Source of the DNA: a virus
Taxonomy: Duplodnaviria > Caudoviricetes
Strand: one strand, 5' to 3'
Virus record (IMG/VR): IMGVR_UViG_3300045996_001403
Location: 1-59,962 of that record
Length of the DNA stretch: 59,962 nt
The translations under genes and the position numbers were made by a program. The notes below the pieces were generated by a model. That model did no database searches and was not told where the DNA came from. It saw only the letters and a list, made by a program, of their open reading frames with translations. Each line of letters opens with the position of its first letter. Position 1 is the first letter of the stretch. Positions 59,867-59,962 of this stretch are shown one piece after another.

Positions 59867-59953
59867 CAAGCCTCTGACCTGCGCAAACGCAGTGATCAAG
59901 CCTCTGACCTGCGGAAATAGGAACCCCCCATCCAAGTCCCCCCTGACCTGCGA
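59867..59953 (+). repeat. CTGACCTGCG repeats near the putative packaging end
   Basis: CAAGCCTCTGACCTGCG at 59867 and 59897; third core at 59943. Confidence 0.7.
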
Positions 59954-59962
59954 CAACGGGAC

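Overview
The window looks like a complete, non-integrated genome (~60 kb, high GC) of a temperate siphovirus infecting a non-mycolate actinomycete. It opens at the small terminase and closes on the terminase-associated HNH gene. Gene order: packaging and head (66-9462, with a single protease/scaffold/major-capsid ORF); tail (9464-18556, ending in an SGNH-esterase protein); lysis (GH25 lysin and holin); an accessory block (20.1-25.6 kb: lipoprotein, operator-controlled HTH switch, XRE-DUF5753/DUF397 pair); an intact attP matching the 3' half of tRNA-Pro(GGG); a tyrosine integrase with an inserted LacI-type HTH; the repressor/Cro/Xis/antirepressor switch; early recombination and replication genes; a separately regulated cassette from 44.5 kb; and a late region. 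The strongest signals are in RNA. One is a textbook type II hammerhead ribozyme with its loop-I pseudoknot (45445-45505), inside the cassette driven by mirror-symmetric divergent promoters and a leaderless AlpA-like HTH. The other is a non-canonical 8/4-type, tRNA-Sec-like tRNA with a Ser(GCU) anticodon (53983-54066), inside a ~450-nt hairpin-rich leader. Protein family calls come from motif recognition by eye; no searches were run.
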